A stretch of DNA of 62,978 nucleotides from Bacteroidia bacterium (GTDB taxonomy: Bacteria; Bacteroidota; Bacteroidia; M30B66): contig JBKCHQ010000076.1 in assembly GCA_046302715.1 (NCBI GenBank), positions 1 to 62,978 on the forward strand, in the 5' to 3' direction. Position 1 is the first letter of the stretch. Every line of letters starts with the position of its first letter. Under the pieces are notes generated by a model. The model saw nothing but the letters and a program-made list of their open reading frames with translations, ran no database searches and was not told the origin of the DNA. The position numbers and the translations under genes were made by a program. Below, piece by piece: positions 1 to 10,295 of the stretch.

Positions 1-1
1 A

Positions 2-1362
<1,361 letters not shown>

Positions 1363-1371
1363 TTTACGCAT

Positions 1372-1608
1372 ATGATGCTCGAAATTATTACACCCGACAA
1401 GAAGCTTTTCGAAGGCGAAGTTAAGGCGGTTACCCTACCCGGTATTGACGGATCATTAGGCATATTAGACAAACATGCGCCTTTAATTTCCGCTCTCAGA
1501 AAGGGAGAAATTGAAATTACTGAAACAGGCAGTACTAAAACAACATTTCAGGTTAATGGAGGTGTAGTAGAGGTGCTAAAAAACAAAGTAATAGTACTCG
1601 CCGAATAA
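1372..1608 (+). CDS. atpC: F0F1 ATP synthase subunit epsilon (short Bacteroidota form, N-terminal beta-domain only)
   Basis: LEIITPDKKLFEGEV..VTLPG..G.LGILDKHAPLIS motif, directly after atpD. Confidence 0.95.
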   Translation: MMLEIITPDKKLFEGEVKAVTLPGIDGSLGILDKHAPLISALRKGEIEITETGSTKTTFQVNGGVVEVLKNKVIVLAE

Positions 1609-1629
1609 GTTTGTTTGAAACTATTTTTG

Positions 1630-1659
1630 AAAAGCTCCTTCTAAAAGGGGCTTTTTTTA
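1630..1659 (+). terminator. Intrinsic terminator after atpDC
   Basis: Hairpin aaaagctcctt-ctaa-aaggggctttt followed by a T run. Confidence 0.8.
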
Positions 1660-1841
1660 TTTACCTGAAGCGTGATGAAAATCGAAAAGAAAAAAGTAAC
1701 TACTTGTCAAATTATTTGATTATAGTCTGCGGGTTTGATAGCGATAGTTAAATTATTTACAAATAAACATTTTAGATGGTCTGATCACCATTTATTCAAT
1801 GAAGCAAGGATTAGAATAGTCAATTATTTTAAATTTGCCTT

Positions 1842-2723
1842 GTGGAAGTATTACTACTGAGTATTTCGTCGCCATTAATGGCCATTTTTATTTTAATCGA
1901 AATCCTTTACAGCGCTGTACATAAGCAAAATTTATATGAAAGCCGTGATACCGCTGTGAGCATGTTATGTACCGGTTTAAATTTCTTAAATGATCTCGCT
2001 TTTCGATTAGTTACATTGAGCATACTTACATGGTTTTTTGAAGCAGGGCTACAGATATTTTCTGAGCGGGATGCCACCTATTGGATTATGCTGTTCCTTG
2101 CCCAAGACTTGGCCTACTATGTTTTGCATTGTGCTGATCACTATTGCCGTATTTTTTGGGCCATGCATGTAACGCATCATTCGAGCGAAAAATTCAATTT
2201 GGCCGTAGCCATTCGCTCTTCAGTATTTCAGCCGTACTACCGTGTTTTATTTTTCATACCACTTGCCTTACTTGGCTTTAGGGCATTAGATATAGTTTTT
2301 ATGTACGCGGCAACTCAAGTATATGGTTTTTGGGTACATACAGAAACTATTGGGAAGTTGCCAAAATGGTTTGAATTTATATTTGTTACACCTTCGCATC
2401 ACAGGGTACATCATGCTTCAAATGTAGAATATCTAGATTCAAATATGGGCATGGTTCTCATCATATGGGATCGTATTTTTGGTACGTTTAAAGAAGAGAT
2501 GCCCGAAATTAAGCCTCGATTTGGCTTAACAAAAAATATCCATTCATACCACCCTTTTAAAGTCGTATTCCATGAATGGCAAGGTATCATTCAAGATTTA
2601 AAACAATCGCCGGACTGGAAAACTTCATTGAATTACCTATTGAAACCTCCGGGATGGAGTCATACTGGAAGGAGTTTAACCGCAAAACAAATGCGTGAAA
2701 AACAAAGCAAAACAAAGTTATGA
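1842..2723 (+). CDS. Sterol desaturase / fatty acid hydroxylase family membrane protein
   Basis: His boxes HCADH, HVTHH, HT and HHRVHH with hydrophobic helices; GTG start. Confidence 0.88.
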   Translation: MEVLLLSISSPLMAIFILIEILYSAVHKQNLYESRDTAVSMLCTGLNFLNDLAFRLVTLSILTWFFEAGLQIFSERDATYWIMLFLAQDLAYYVLHCADHYCRIFWAMHVTHHSSEKFNLAVAIRSSVFQPYYRVLFFIPLALLGFRALDIVFMYAATQVYGFWVHTETIGKLPKWFEFIFVTPSHHRVHHASNVEYLDSNMGMVLIIWDRIFGTFKEEMPEIKPRFGLTKNIHSYHPFKVVFHEWQGIIQDLKQSPDWKTSLNYLLKPPGWSHTGRSLTAKQMREKQSKTKL

Positions 2724-2843
2724 ACACAGCATTGTAAATTATTTTTTCAGTGAAATTTATTGTAAGTAATTTATAATTAAACAAATAAACAAATATGGAT
2801 TAATTAAAGTGTATCTTTAACACAAAATTTACTTTAGAAAAAC

Positions 2844-2873
2844 TTTGATTTTTTAAAGATTAATATATCTTTG
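2844..2873 (+). promoter_or_regulatory. Bacteroidota primary-sigma promoter (-33 TTTG, -7 TATCTTTG)
   Basis: TTTG at 2844-2847 and TAnnTTTG at 2866-2873, 18-nt spacer, 37 nt upstream of ATG 2911. Confidence 0.6.
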
Positions 2874-2910
2874 CATGTAGAAGTTTCATCCTATAACAAA
2901 CTTTGAGCAG

Positions 2911-3108
2911 ATGAATAAAAAATTACCATACATTCTTTCGCTAGTGTGCGTTTTTGTTGGCATTAACGGTCTATTTGCAACACCAGTGCCTCCCGGGCCT
3001 ACGATCATTCCAGTTGATGGAGGACTTTCTCTATTGATTGCAGCGTGTGTTGGCGTTGGTGCTAAAAAGCTTTATGATTACAAAAACACTAGGAAATCTG
3101 AGGAATAA
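2911..3108 (+). CDS. Small secreted protein with a PID-CTERM-like C-terminal sorting signal
   Basis: Signal peptide, Pro-rich TPVPPGPTII, then IPVDGG, a TM helix and a basic tail (KKLYDYKNTRK); adjacent to an exosortase. Confidence 0.75.
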   Translation: MNKKLPYILSLVCVFVGINGLFATPVPPGPTIIPVDGGLSLLIAACVGVGAKKLYDYKNTRKSEE

Positions 3109-3129
3109 AAATTCCTTTACTAACCATTT

Positions 3130-3660
3130 GTGTCAGAATCTAAATACAGGGGATTAAATATTTTTTTGATAAAAATATTTTGTTTCTACTTAATTTGGAT
3201 AGTATTTGATGGTTTATTGTCTCATGAATTCCATATTGTTTCTTCAATATGGTCTTTGGGCTATCATATATTTCTAAAAATTATATTATTCGGATCTCAA
3301 ATAGGATTAAATATCCTTGGATACGATTATGTTTCTGGCTATAATTCTTTGGCAATCATTGGGTCTTACGGGGTTGTAATAGGAAATCCCTGTGTAGGCT
3401 TTGGTTTAAGTTATGGTTTTACATCCTTAATTGCAAGTTATCCAGGACCAATCAAGAAAAAATTATGGTTTATTCCATTTGGTATTTTACTCATTAGTTC
3501 TATAAACGTGGCACGTGTTGTTGCTCTAACAACTTCGGTTTATAAAACAGGGGGCTTTGTGCAGATGGAGGAACACGATTTATTCAATAACATCATTTAC
3601 ATTTTTATTTTCCTGATGTGGATAGTGTGGGTTAAGTTTATTAATAAAAATCAACTTTAA
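3130..3660 (+). CDS. Exosortase/archaeosortase family protein
   Basis: Multi-TM protein with Cys (GNPCVG), Arg (INVARV) and His (EHDLFN) in exosortase order and spacing. Confidence 0.85.
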   Translation: MSESKYRGLNIFLIKIFCFYLIWIVFDGLLSHEFHIVSSIWSLGYHIFLKIILFGSQIGLNILGYDYVSGYNSLAIIGSYGVVIGNPCVGFGLSYGFTSLIASYPGPIKKKLWFIPFGILLISSINVARVVALTTSVYKTGGFVQMEEHDLFNNIIYIFIFLMWIVWVKFINKNQL

Positions 3661-3670
3661 TCTTCTTCAA

Positions 3671-4741
3671 TCACGCTTGAAATTGAGCTTTGCTAAATTT
3701 TCGAAGTCGCTCCCTAACTTCAGCCATGTCCGCAGGTATATCTGAATCAAAAAAATGACGTTCACCCGTTTTAGGATGCATAAATCCTAATGATTTAGCA
3801 TGCAGAGCGTGTCGAGGTAAAATACTAAAACAGTTTTCTATGAATTTGGCATAAGAGCCACTCTTAAGTCCTTTTAATACAGCATTCCCCCCATAGGTAT
3901 CATCATTAAAAAGGGTATGTCCTATGTGTTTTAAATGCACCCTAATCTGATGCGTTCTTCCCGTTTCTAGCCTACATTCAATCCAGGTTAAATAGCCGAA
4001 TCGCTCCAGCACTTTATAATGCGTTACCGCATGTTTACCCTGTGATCCATCAGCATATACAGCAAACAATTTACGATCACGCACATCGCGACCAATGTGA
4101 CCAATAATAGTTCCCTCATCCTGCGCTACATTACCCCAAACCAAGGCCTGATAGGTTCGTTCGGTAGTGCGCTCAAAAAACTGCCTGGCCAAATGCGCCA
4201 AGGCATATTCGCTCTTTGCCAGGACCATGATTCCAGAGGTGTTTTTATCAAGGCGGTGCACCAAACCGGGGCGAGGGTCGTTTTGACTGTAGATAGGCAC
4301 ATGTTGAAAGTGATACATTAATGCATTCACCAAGGTGCCGCTGTAATTCCCATAACCAGGGTGTACTACTAATCCGGCCTGCTTATTTATAACAATTACC
4401 GTATCATCCTCAAAGACGATTTCGAGCGGAATGGGTTCGGGCTTTAATTCAATTTCACGGGGTGGCCTTGCAAAAACGATGGCGATCACATCGCCAGGCT
4501 TAACCCGATAATTTGATTTTACCGGTTTACCATTTACATGAATATTGCCCGTATCGGCGGCTGCCTGGATGCGCGTGCGCGAAGTTTTTTCGAGTCTGTT
4601 TTGTAAAAACTTATCAATCCGTAACAGCTCCTGCCCTTTATCCACCACCGTACGATAGTGCTCGAACAGTTCGTCCCCTTCTGCAGTATGATCGGTATCC
4701 GCCCCCTGCAGCTCCTCGTCATTCCATTCAGGATCCATCAA
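3671..4741 (-). CDS. rluD: RluA/RluD family 23S rRNA pseudouridine synthase
   Basis: S4 domain, NKQAGLVVHPG, HRLDKNTSG, GRTHQIRVH. Confidence 0.93.
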   Translation of the reverse strand: MMDPEWNDEELQGADTDHTAEGDELFEHYRTVVDKGQELLRIDKFLQNRLEKTSRTRIQAAADTGNIHVNGKPVKSNYRVKPGDVIAIVFARPPREIELKPEPIPLEIVFEDDTVIVINKQAGLVVHPGYGNYSGTLVNALMYHFQHVPIYSQNDPRPGLVHRLDKNTSGIMVLAKSEYALAHLARQFFERTTERTYQALVWGNVAQDEGTIIGHIGRDVRDRKLFAVYADGSQGKHAVTHYKVLERFGYLTWIECRLETGRTHQIRVHLKHIGHTLFNDDTYGGNAVLKGLKSGSYAKFIENCFSILPRHALHAKSLGFMHPKTGERHFFDSDIPADMAEVRERLRKFSKAQFQA

Positions 4742-6564
4742 TTGCTTTTAATAAAACGTAAGGCTTTATGCGCCCCCTTTTTAGTCGACACACGCATTAA
4801 ATACATCCCATCGGATAAATCAGCCACTTGTATTGATGCGTGGTTTAATCCAACACCAGCCTTGATCATCTTACCCGAAATATCCCAAACGCTCCAATCG
4901 AAATAATCGATGGATGTTGATTTTATATGAACCACATCTGAGGCTGGATTGGGGTACAAAAGCACCCCGTTTTCAGAGGTGGTCAATGCTGCATTACCGG
5001 TTGGCAAAATATAGGGATAACGGAAAACAGGGCGCATCATAAGTGTTCCAGCTGCCGAAGTATAAGGATACCAATTACCATCTAAATTGTAATAAATGCG
5101 ATTGCTGTTATCGAAATTCAAATCAAAGCCCAGATTAAGTTCGGACGAATTTAACTGTGCCCAACCTATATAATACGTACCTGCTGGCAGCGGTAAGGGC
5201 GTATCTAAAGTATAGGTATGAAAAACGTTTAAGCCTTGATGATCGGGATAGGCAACTTCTTTTTCGAGCAATAACGTACCTGGTTGATTGCTGCCTGCTG
5301 CCCAAATCATTAAATAAAAACTCTGCCCATTATTGGCATTAAGTGTTCGGTTAAAATAAAATTGAACCGCTTTTAACGTGTCGGCCACCCAGCTCTCAAA
5401 ACGTTGTGCGGCAAAGCCTCCGGATGGATTATTGATATTTAGTCTGGCCTCCGCCGAACCATCATCCAATGCATAATAATTGCTAAAAACCTGTTCATAC
5501 TTTAAGGAGTCATTGGGGGCAAAATCATCGTCAAGTCCCTCTAAAAAGTAGTTAAGTTGGTAAACCGTGGTTTCGGTACCCGGATCTTCATAAAAGTACT
5601 TTACCGATTCGTTCAATACATATTCATTCCTGTATGCGATTGGCCCTTGCGGATCAGATGCCACTGAATCTACTTTTTCTCCTGCGGCATTGTAGTAGTC
5701 AAATCCATAAGCTATGTTATCGGAACCCAACTTTAAGGAAGTAAGGGATAGATTAAAAAACTCGAGCATGTTTTCCACCCTGTCTGGAATAAAATGCCAA
5801 AGGGGAACCGACTGATAAAAATCTATTAAACTACTTGCCGGATATAAAAAAGAATAATCGTTAAACAAGGTATCGGCTTTATTCCTGCCGGCAGCAAATT
5901 TTATATAGTCGAGATGCCAGTTATCCCAACTGCCATTCAATTGCGCAAAATTTCTGAACCGAAATTGAAATCCATTGAGTAAATAAGAAGAATCGATTAC
6001 AGGTACAATTGCCTGACTAAACGGTTTGAAGTTTTGCGGATAATCTTCGCCTTTAACGCCCCATACCCTGTTCCAAACTGAATCGGAAGGACTGTAAAAT
6101 TCAAGGATTAAGGAATCAACAAATTCAGGAAAGTTGCCTCTACCGCCGGGTTGGTAAAAAAAACTGAGGTAAAGAGAGTCGCCCGCTGTGTAAGGCATTA
6201 GAAAAGGCTTGGACGTTAGGGTATCGGCCGCACCGTTAACATTTATGTTTTGATAGGGTAACCCGTTGGCATCGGTACCATCCAGTGTAGCTGAACCAAT
6301 ACTAGGGGGAAGCAGTGGAAGTGTTCCATTAACCATGGCAGAATTATCCATCCATCTAACGGGATCAGGCACAGAATTCCCTCTAGAAAAGTCTTCAAAA
6401 AAAGGTAGTGAGAGTATCTCTTCAGAACCACGCGAATTATTGGAAAAAACCTTTGAATCGTCTTGCCTTGAAATGGTAAACGGCGGCTCCACCTTTAAAG
6501 CCTGAGCATTAATCCATGCATTGGCAAACATGGACAACAGTATGCACAAAATACTATTCTTCAT
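4738..6564 (-). CDS. Secreted protein with T9SS type A C-terminal sorting domain
   Basis: Signal peptide; C-terminal LYPNPASD...DISGK...LSDGMYLMRV. Confidence 0.85.
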   Translation of the reverse strand: MKNSILCILLSMFANAWINAQALKVEPPFTISRQDDSKVFSNNSRGSEEILSLPFFEDFSRGNSVPDPVRWMDNSAMVNGTLPLLPPSIGSATLDGTDANGLPYQNINVNGAADTLTSKPFLMPYTAGDSLYLSFFYQPGGRGNFPEFVDSLILEFYSPSDSVWNRVWGVKGEDYPQNFKPFSQAIVPVIDSSYLLNGFQFRFRNFAQLNGSWDNWHLDYIKFAAGRNKADTLFNDYSFLYPASSLIDFYQSVPLWHFIPDRVENMLEFFNLSLTSLKLGSDNIAYGFDYYNAAGEKVDSVASDPQGPIAYRNEYVLNESVKYFYEDPGTETTVYQLNYFLEGLDDDFAPNDSLKYEQVFSNYYALDDGSAEARLNINNPSGGFAAQRFESWVADTLKAVQFYFNRTLNANNGQSFYLMIWAAGSNQPGTLLLEKEVAYPDHQGLNVFHTYTLDTPLPLPAGTYYIGWAQLNSSELNLGFDLNFDNSNRIYYNLDGNWYPYTSAAGTLMMRPVFRYPYILPTGNAALTTSENGVLLYPNPASDVVHIKSTSIDYFDWSVWDISGKMIKAGVGLNHASIQVADLSDGMYLMRVSTKKGAHKALRFIKSN

Positions 6565-7363
6565 CTTCTTCGGGCGCTGTTATTTTGGCTTTTTTCCCTC
6601 TCCATTTCGAGGCATCCTGCGTAAGCCATATGTCCATAAAGGAACCTACTTCAATTTCTTCGAGTTCGTTAACTTCCGGTATTTGCTGATACACCCTTGC
6701 AGAAGAACTATCGCTAATGGTACCATCATATTGAACCACTCCGAGGGTTAGCCCCTCTTCATTTAAGAATTCCTTTACCTCATCCAATGTTTTACCCAAC
6801 AAATCGGGAATAAACACTTTGGGTGTTTCTCCTTTACCCAGCATAAGGTCAATTGAAGAACCTTTATCAATAAGTGTTTCCTTACGAATGGGCTTCCCTT
6901 TATACAATTGCTTCATAACTGGGGGCAAGCCCTCAACATAAATCAGATTGCCCACTTTTAAGCCTACAGTTTCGAGCATAGCAGTAGCCTGACGAAGCGA
7001 TAAATTAACCACATCGGGCATTTTAACTTGCTGCGTCTTTATGCAATTAACAATTAAATACACTTCGCGCCCTGTTTTAACCTTTGCTCCCGGAAGCGGA
7101 TTCTGCTCGATTACCGTCCCCCTCGGCTTTGAGGTATCGTAAATTGAGTCAGTAATCAAATATTCCACGTCATAAGAATCAATAAAGGTGTCTAAATCTT
7201 TAGTGTAAACACCAACAAAATTAGGCACTTTAGTTTCTGACCCGAAACGACTGTAATACTTTAGAAACCATAAAAAGGCAAGTATCGAAAGCACGGATAC
7301 AACAATCGCTGCCAAAACATGCAGCCAAAATTTACGGGTTTTTAAAAATTCCCAAAAGGTCAT
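6554..7363 (-). CDS. Membrane-anchored PASTA-repeat protein
   Basis: N-terminal TM helix; repeats starting VPNFVG, MPDVVNLS and IPDLLGKT, with VIEQNPLPG and VYQQIP; no kinase or PBP domain. Confidence 0.88.
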   Translation of the reverse strand: MTFWEFLKTRKFWLHVLAAIVVSVLSILAFLWFLKYYSRFGSETKVPNFVGVYTKDLDTFIDSYDVEYLITDSIYDTSKPRGTVIEQNPLPGAKVKTGREVYLIVNCIKTQQVKMPDVVNLSLRQATAMLETVGLKVGNLIYVEGLPPVMKQLYKGKPIRKETLIDKGSSIDLMLGKGETPKVFIPDLLGKTLDEVKEFLNEEGLTLGVVQYDGTISDSSSARVYQQIPEVNELEEIEVGSFMDIWLTQDASKWRGKKAKITAPEEDEE

Positions 7364-10053
7364 ATTACAGGATGTACCCGATTGCGTTTTAAGGTATCTT
7401 CTGCAAAAGTCATGATTTTTTCGATAAAGTCATACGGTTTATATCCGTTGATTGCACATTGATGGAAAATACATGTAGCGGGCGTCATACCGGGCAATGA
7501 ATTTACCTCGATAAAAATTACTTCGGTGCGCTCCTGTTCATATACGCGTACAAAAGCATCTATACGACAATAACCCTGCACATTGAGCGCACGCGCTGCA
7601 CGTTCGAGCTCTGTTTTTACTTTATCGGAAATGCGTTGTCGCGCTGCTGAATCACTTGCGTAGCGTGCAGGTGTGATGTTTTGTCCTTGTCCGGCAAGGA
7701 ACTTTTCTTCGAGCGATAACACCTCGCCTTCCGACAATGCTTCAGAAGCCTCGAATACCTCATAACGAATGCTGCCATCGGACTCGAGATGCGTTACCAT
7801 GCCTCCGGTAATTTCGAGAAATTTTGGGGCGCCATTCGCTTGAATAAGCGATTCTACTAAGAATTGTTGCTTGGCCGGAAATTCCTCCTTCGGTTTAATC
7901 TTCAATCGCTCCGAAGCTTCAGCATCTAATGCTTCATCCTGCCTGAAAATCAATTTCGTAAAGGCGATAAAGTCTTCGTCATTGTACAATTTCTTCACCG
8001 CCGAGGAGCAACCATCATCCACAGGCTTGGCAATGAGCGGATAACCAACTGAATTTGCGTGTTGTAGCACATCCATTGCATTGTTTTTCCACTCTTCCTC
8101 ACGCACCACAAAATGTTCGGCCACCAGCATGCCATTTTCTTTTAGAATCTCATTGGTGCGATATTTATCAATGGTAATCGACGACGAATCGGCGTTAGAG
8201 CCATTGTAGGGCAATCCTACTTTTACGAGCTCACGCTGTAATGCACCATCCTCACCCGGTCGGCCATGCAGCGCAATAAACACTTCCTGCACTTCTGCAG
8301 CAAGTGCTGCATAATCCAGCTTTCGGGGTGCATTTAAATTGCCTGTATCGCCGAAATAGCTCGTCAATTCGCCGCATTCGGCAATAATTTTTTTGATGAT
8401 GGGATGCACCGAAAAATGTATAATTTTCTCCCGAATGTCATCGGCATTGTCTTTCAGCATCAAGTTGATGGGCAACGTAAATAATTCATGTGCTGCATCG
8501 GAACCCGAAAGAAAAACTGGAACAGGCTCAAAAACTGATGATGAAGATAGTTTCTCGTAAACATTTCTCCCACTTTCTACCGAGATGTGGCGTTCGGATG
8601 AATAACCTCCAAATACTACGGCAATTCTTTTGCGGCTTTCCTTATTGCTGCGCAGTTCGTGCATAGCGGCATCGAGCTTCTCGAGCAATCGTTCGGCGGA
8701 GTTGTTGAACTTCATCTCCAATGCTCTACGGCGCAAGGATGTGTTTATGATGTAAGTAATAAATTGCGAAGGATTGAACCCAATTTCAGCGGCCTGATGA
8801 AAGAAAAAAGAACTGGGCATCATTCCCGAAGTAGTGTTCGGGTCATTCAGATAAATAGTGCCGTCGGATTTGATGAACCCGTCGATACGGGCATACACGC
8901 CAAACCCAAGTTTGCTGAATAAGTGCGTACAACTTTCGCGGATGCGCTCCAAAGCGGCATCGGGCAGTTCGATGGGCGTAATTTTACGCGACAAGCCGGG
9001 CAGATATTTCGAACGATAATCAAATACTTCCTTACCTTTTCGGATTTCTGTGGGAGGTAAACAAACCGGTTTTCCATTCATGTCTTCGATTACGATGGAC
9101 GAAAATTCTTTGCCTTCGATAAATCCTTCGAGAATAACTTCTGCCTCGGCATCGAGCGATTCGAGAACGATTTCAGATGACTGCTGATTTGTAAACGCTT
9201 GGGCGATGAAATGTTGTAAGGCGTCGGGATGCTGAATGATTTTCGAACCGGCACGAACCGGAATCCCAATACCCTCCCGAATATCGCAGCAGGTGCGAAT
9301 CCATTCATTCTGCGCTTTGGCATCCATGACCATCCAATGTTCTTTTGTGATGCGGCGAACAAAAAGACTTTTGTCGATCGCTTCTGCCAGTTTCGCTGCA
9401 TCGGGTTGATGAATTACCGAAACACCAATGGACGAGCCTTGGGTAGGCGACTTTACAACCAACGGGAAACCGATTTCGCGTTCTGCTTTGTTTAGAATAA
9501 AATTAACATCGCGCTTTTCGAACCACGATTTTCTATCTACTACAAACCATGCCGGCGTTGGAAAGCCAGCCTGCTCCATGAGTAGTTTCTGAATTACTTT
9601 GCTGATGCCAATGCTGCTCGAATAAATTCCGCTGCCGGTGTAAGGAATGTCATAATATTCAAACAAACCTTGAATGCGTCCATCTTCGCCGTAAGGGCCA
9701 TGTAAACATAAAAATGCCACATCGATTAACGTTTTTAATTCAGAGGGCTCAACGATGCGGCCAATTTTAGTGGCCTCGGCTTTTGTGTCAAATCCTGCCA
9801 AAGATTCGGCATATACCTGAAACTCGCCTTCGCTGTGGGGCACGGCTGCCGGATCGGGATAAAAATCACGGATGCTGCCCTTGTAAATGTATTGCCAGTC
9901 GAGTAGAATGAACTGGTTAAAACTATCGACAAACAGCGGTACGGCTTCGAATAAACTTTTGTTTAGGTTGTCATATACCGTACGACCGCCCGCGAACGAA
10001 ATTTCACGCTCTTTCGACCGGCCGCCGAAAACTATTCCCACTTTTAATTTCAT
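7360..10053 (-). CDS. ddl: D-alanine--D-alanine ligase, tandem two-module (897 aa)
   Basis: Two complete Ddl motif sets: FGGRSKEREIS / LHGPYGEDG / RIDG / DPNTTSGM, and FGGYSSERHIS / LHGRPGEDG / RIDA / EVNSLPGM. Confidence 0.92.
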   Translation of the reverse strand: MKLKVGIVFGGRSKEREISFAGGRTVYDNLNKSLFEAVPLFVDSFNQFILLDWQYIYKGSIRDFYPDPAAVPHSEGEFQVYAESLAGFDTKAEATKIGRIVEPSELKTLIDVAFLCLHGPYGEDGRIQGLFEYYDIPYTGSGIYSSSIGISKVIQKLLMEQAGFPTPAWFVVDRKSWFEKRDVNFILNKAEREIGFPLVVKSPTQGSSIGVSVIHQPDAAKLAEAIDKSLFVRRITKEHWMVMDAKAQNEWIRTCCDIREGIGIPVRAGSKIIQHPDALQHFIAQAFTNQQSSEIVLESLDAEAEVILEGFIEGKEFSSIVIEDMNGKPVCLPPTEIRKGKEVFDYRSKYLPGLSRKITPIELPDAALERIRESCTHLFSKLGFGVYARIDGFIKSDGTIYLNDPNTTSGMMPSSFFFHQAAEIGFNPSQFITYIINTSLRRRALEMKFNNSAERLLEKLDAAMHELRSNKESRKRIAVVFGGYSSERHISVESGRNVYEKLSSSSVFEPVPVFLSGSDAAHELFTLPINLMLKDNADDIREKIIHFSVHPIIKKIIAECGELTSYFGDTGNLNAPRKLDYAALAAEVQEVFIALHGRPGEDGALQRELVKVGLPYNGSNADSSSITIDKYRTNEILKENGMLVAEHFVVREEEWKNNAMDVLQHANSVGYPLIAKPVDDGCSSAVKKLYNDEDFIAFTKLIFRQDEALDAEASERLKIKPKEEFPAKQQFLVESLIQANGAPKFLEITGGMVTHLESDGSIRYEVFEASEALSEGEVLSLEEKFLAGQGQNITPARYASDSAARQRISDKVKTELERAARALNVQGYCRIDAFVRVYEQERTEVIFIEVNSLPGMTPATCIFHQCAINGYKPYDFIEKIMTFAEDTLKRNRVHPVI

Positions 10054-10063
10054 GAGCTCAATC

Positions 10064-10082
10064 TAGATTTAAGGTAAATCTA
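10064..10082. promoter_or_regulatory. Perfect 8-3-8 inverted repeat just upstream of the ddl start
   Basis: TAGATTTA-AGG-TAAATCTA, abutting a TACCTTTA -7-like box on the minus strand. Confidence 0.45.
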
Positions 10083-10295
10083 AAGGTAATTGAGGTAGTG
10101 AAATGTTCTGTACTGTCTAACTTTTCAAGAAATTCAGGTTAATAACAATGTACATCGGGGTTGTTTAATCTGAATAATTTATCTACATTTAAAAAGATGC
10201 TTAAAATAATATAAACATCTGTCATATAGACAAATAAAAAAGATAAAGCGCTAAGTTTATTGTGTAAGTATGAGCGTTTGTGCTGCTATTGAATT

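Noticed and set aside
1372-1608. Short epsilon subunit as a truncation
   Set aside because: Loss of the C-terminal helical domain is normal for Bacteroidota AtpC; the stop and terminator are intact.
2804-2872. AT-rich palindromes TTAAAG-N5-CTTTAA and AAAGAT-N6-ATCTTT upstream of the micro-protein
   Set aside because: 6-bp arms in very AT-rich DNA are expected by chance.
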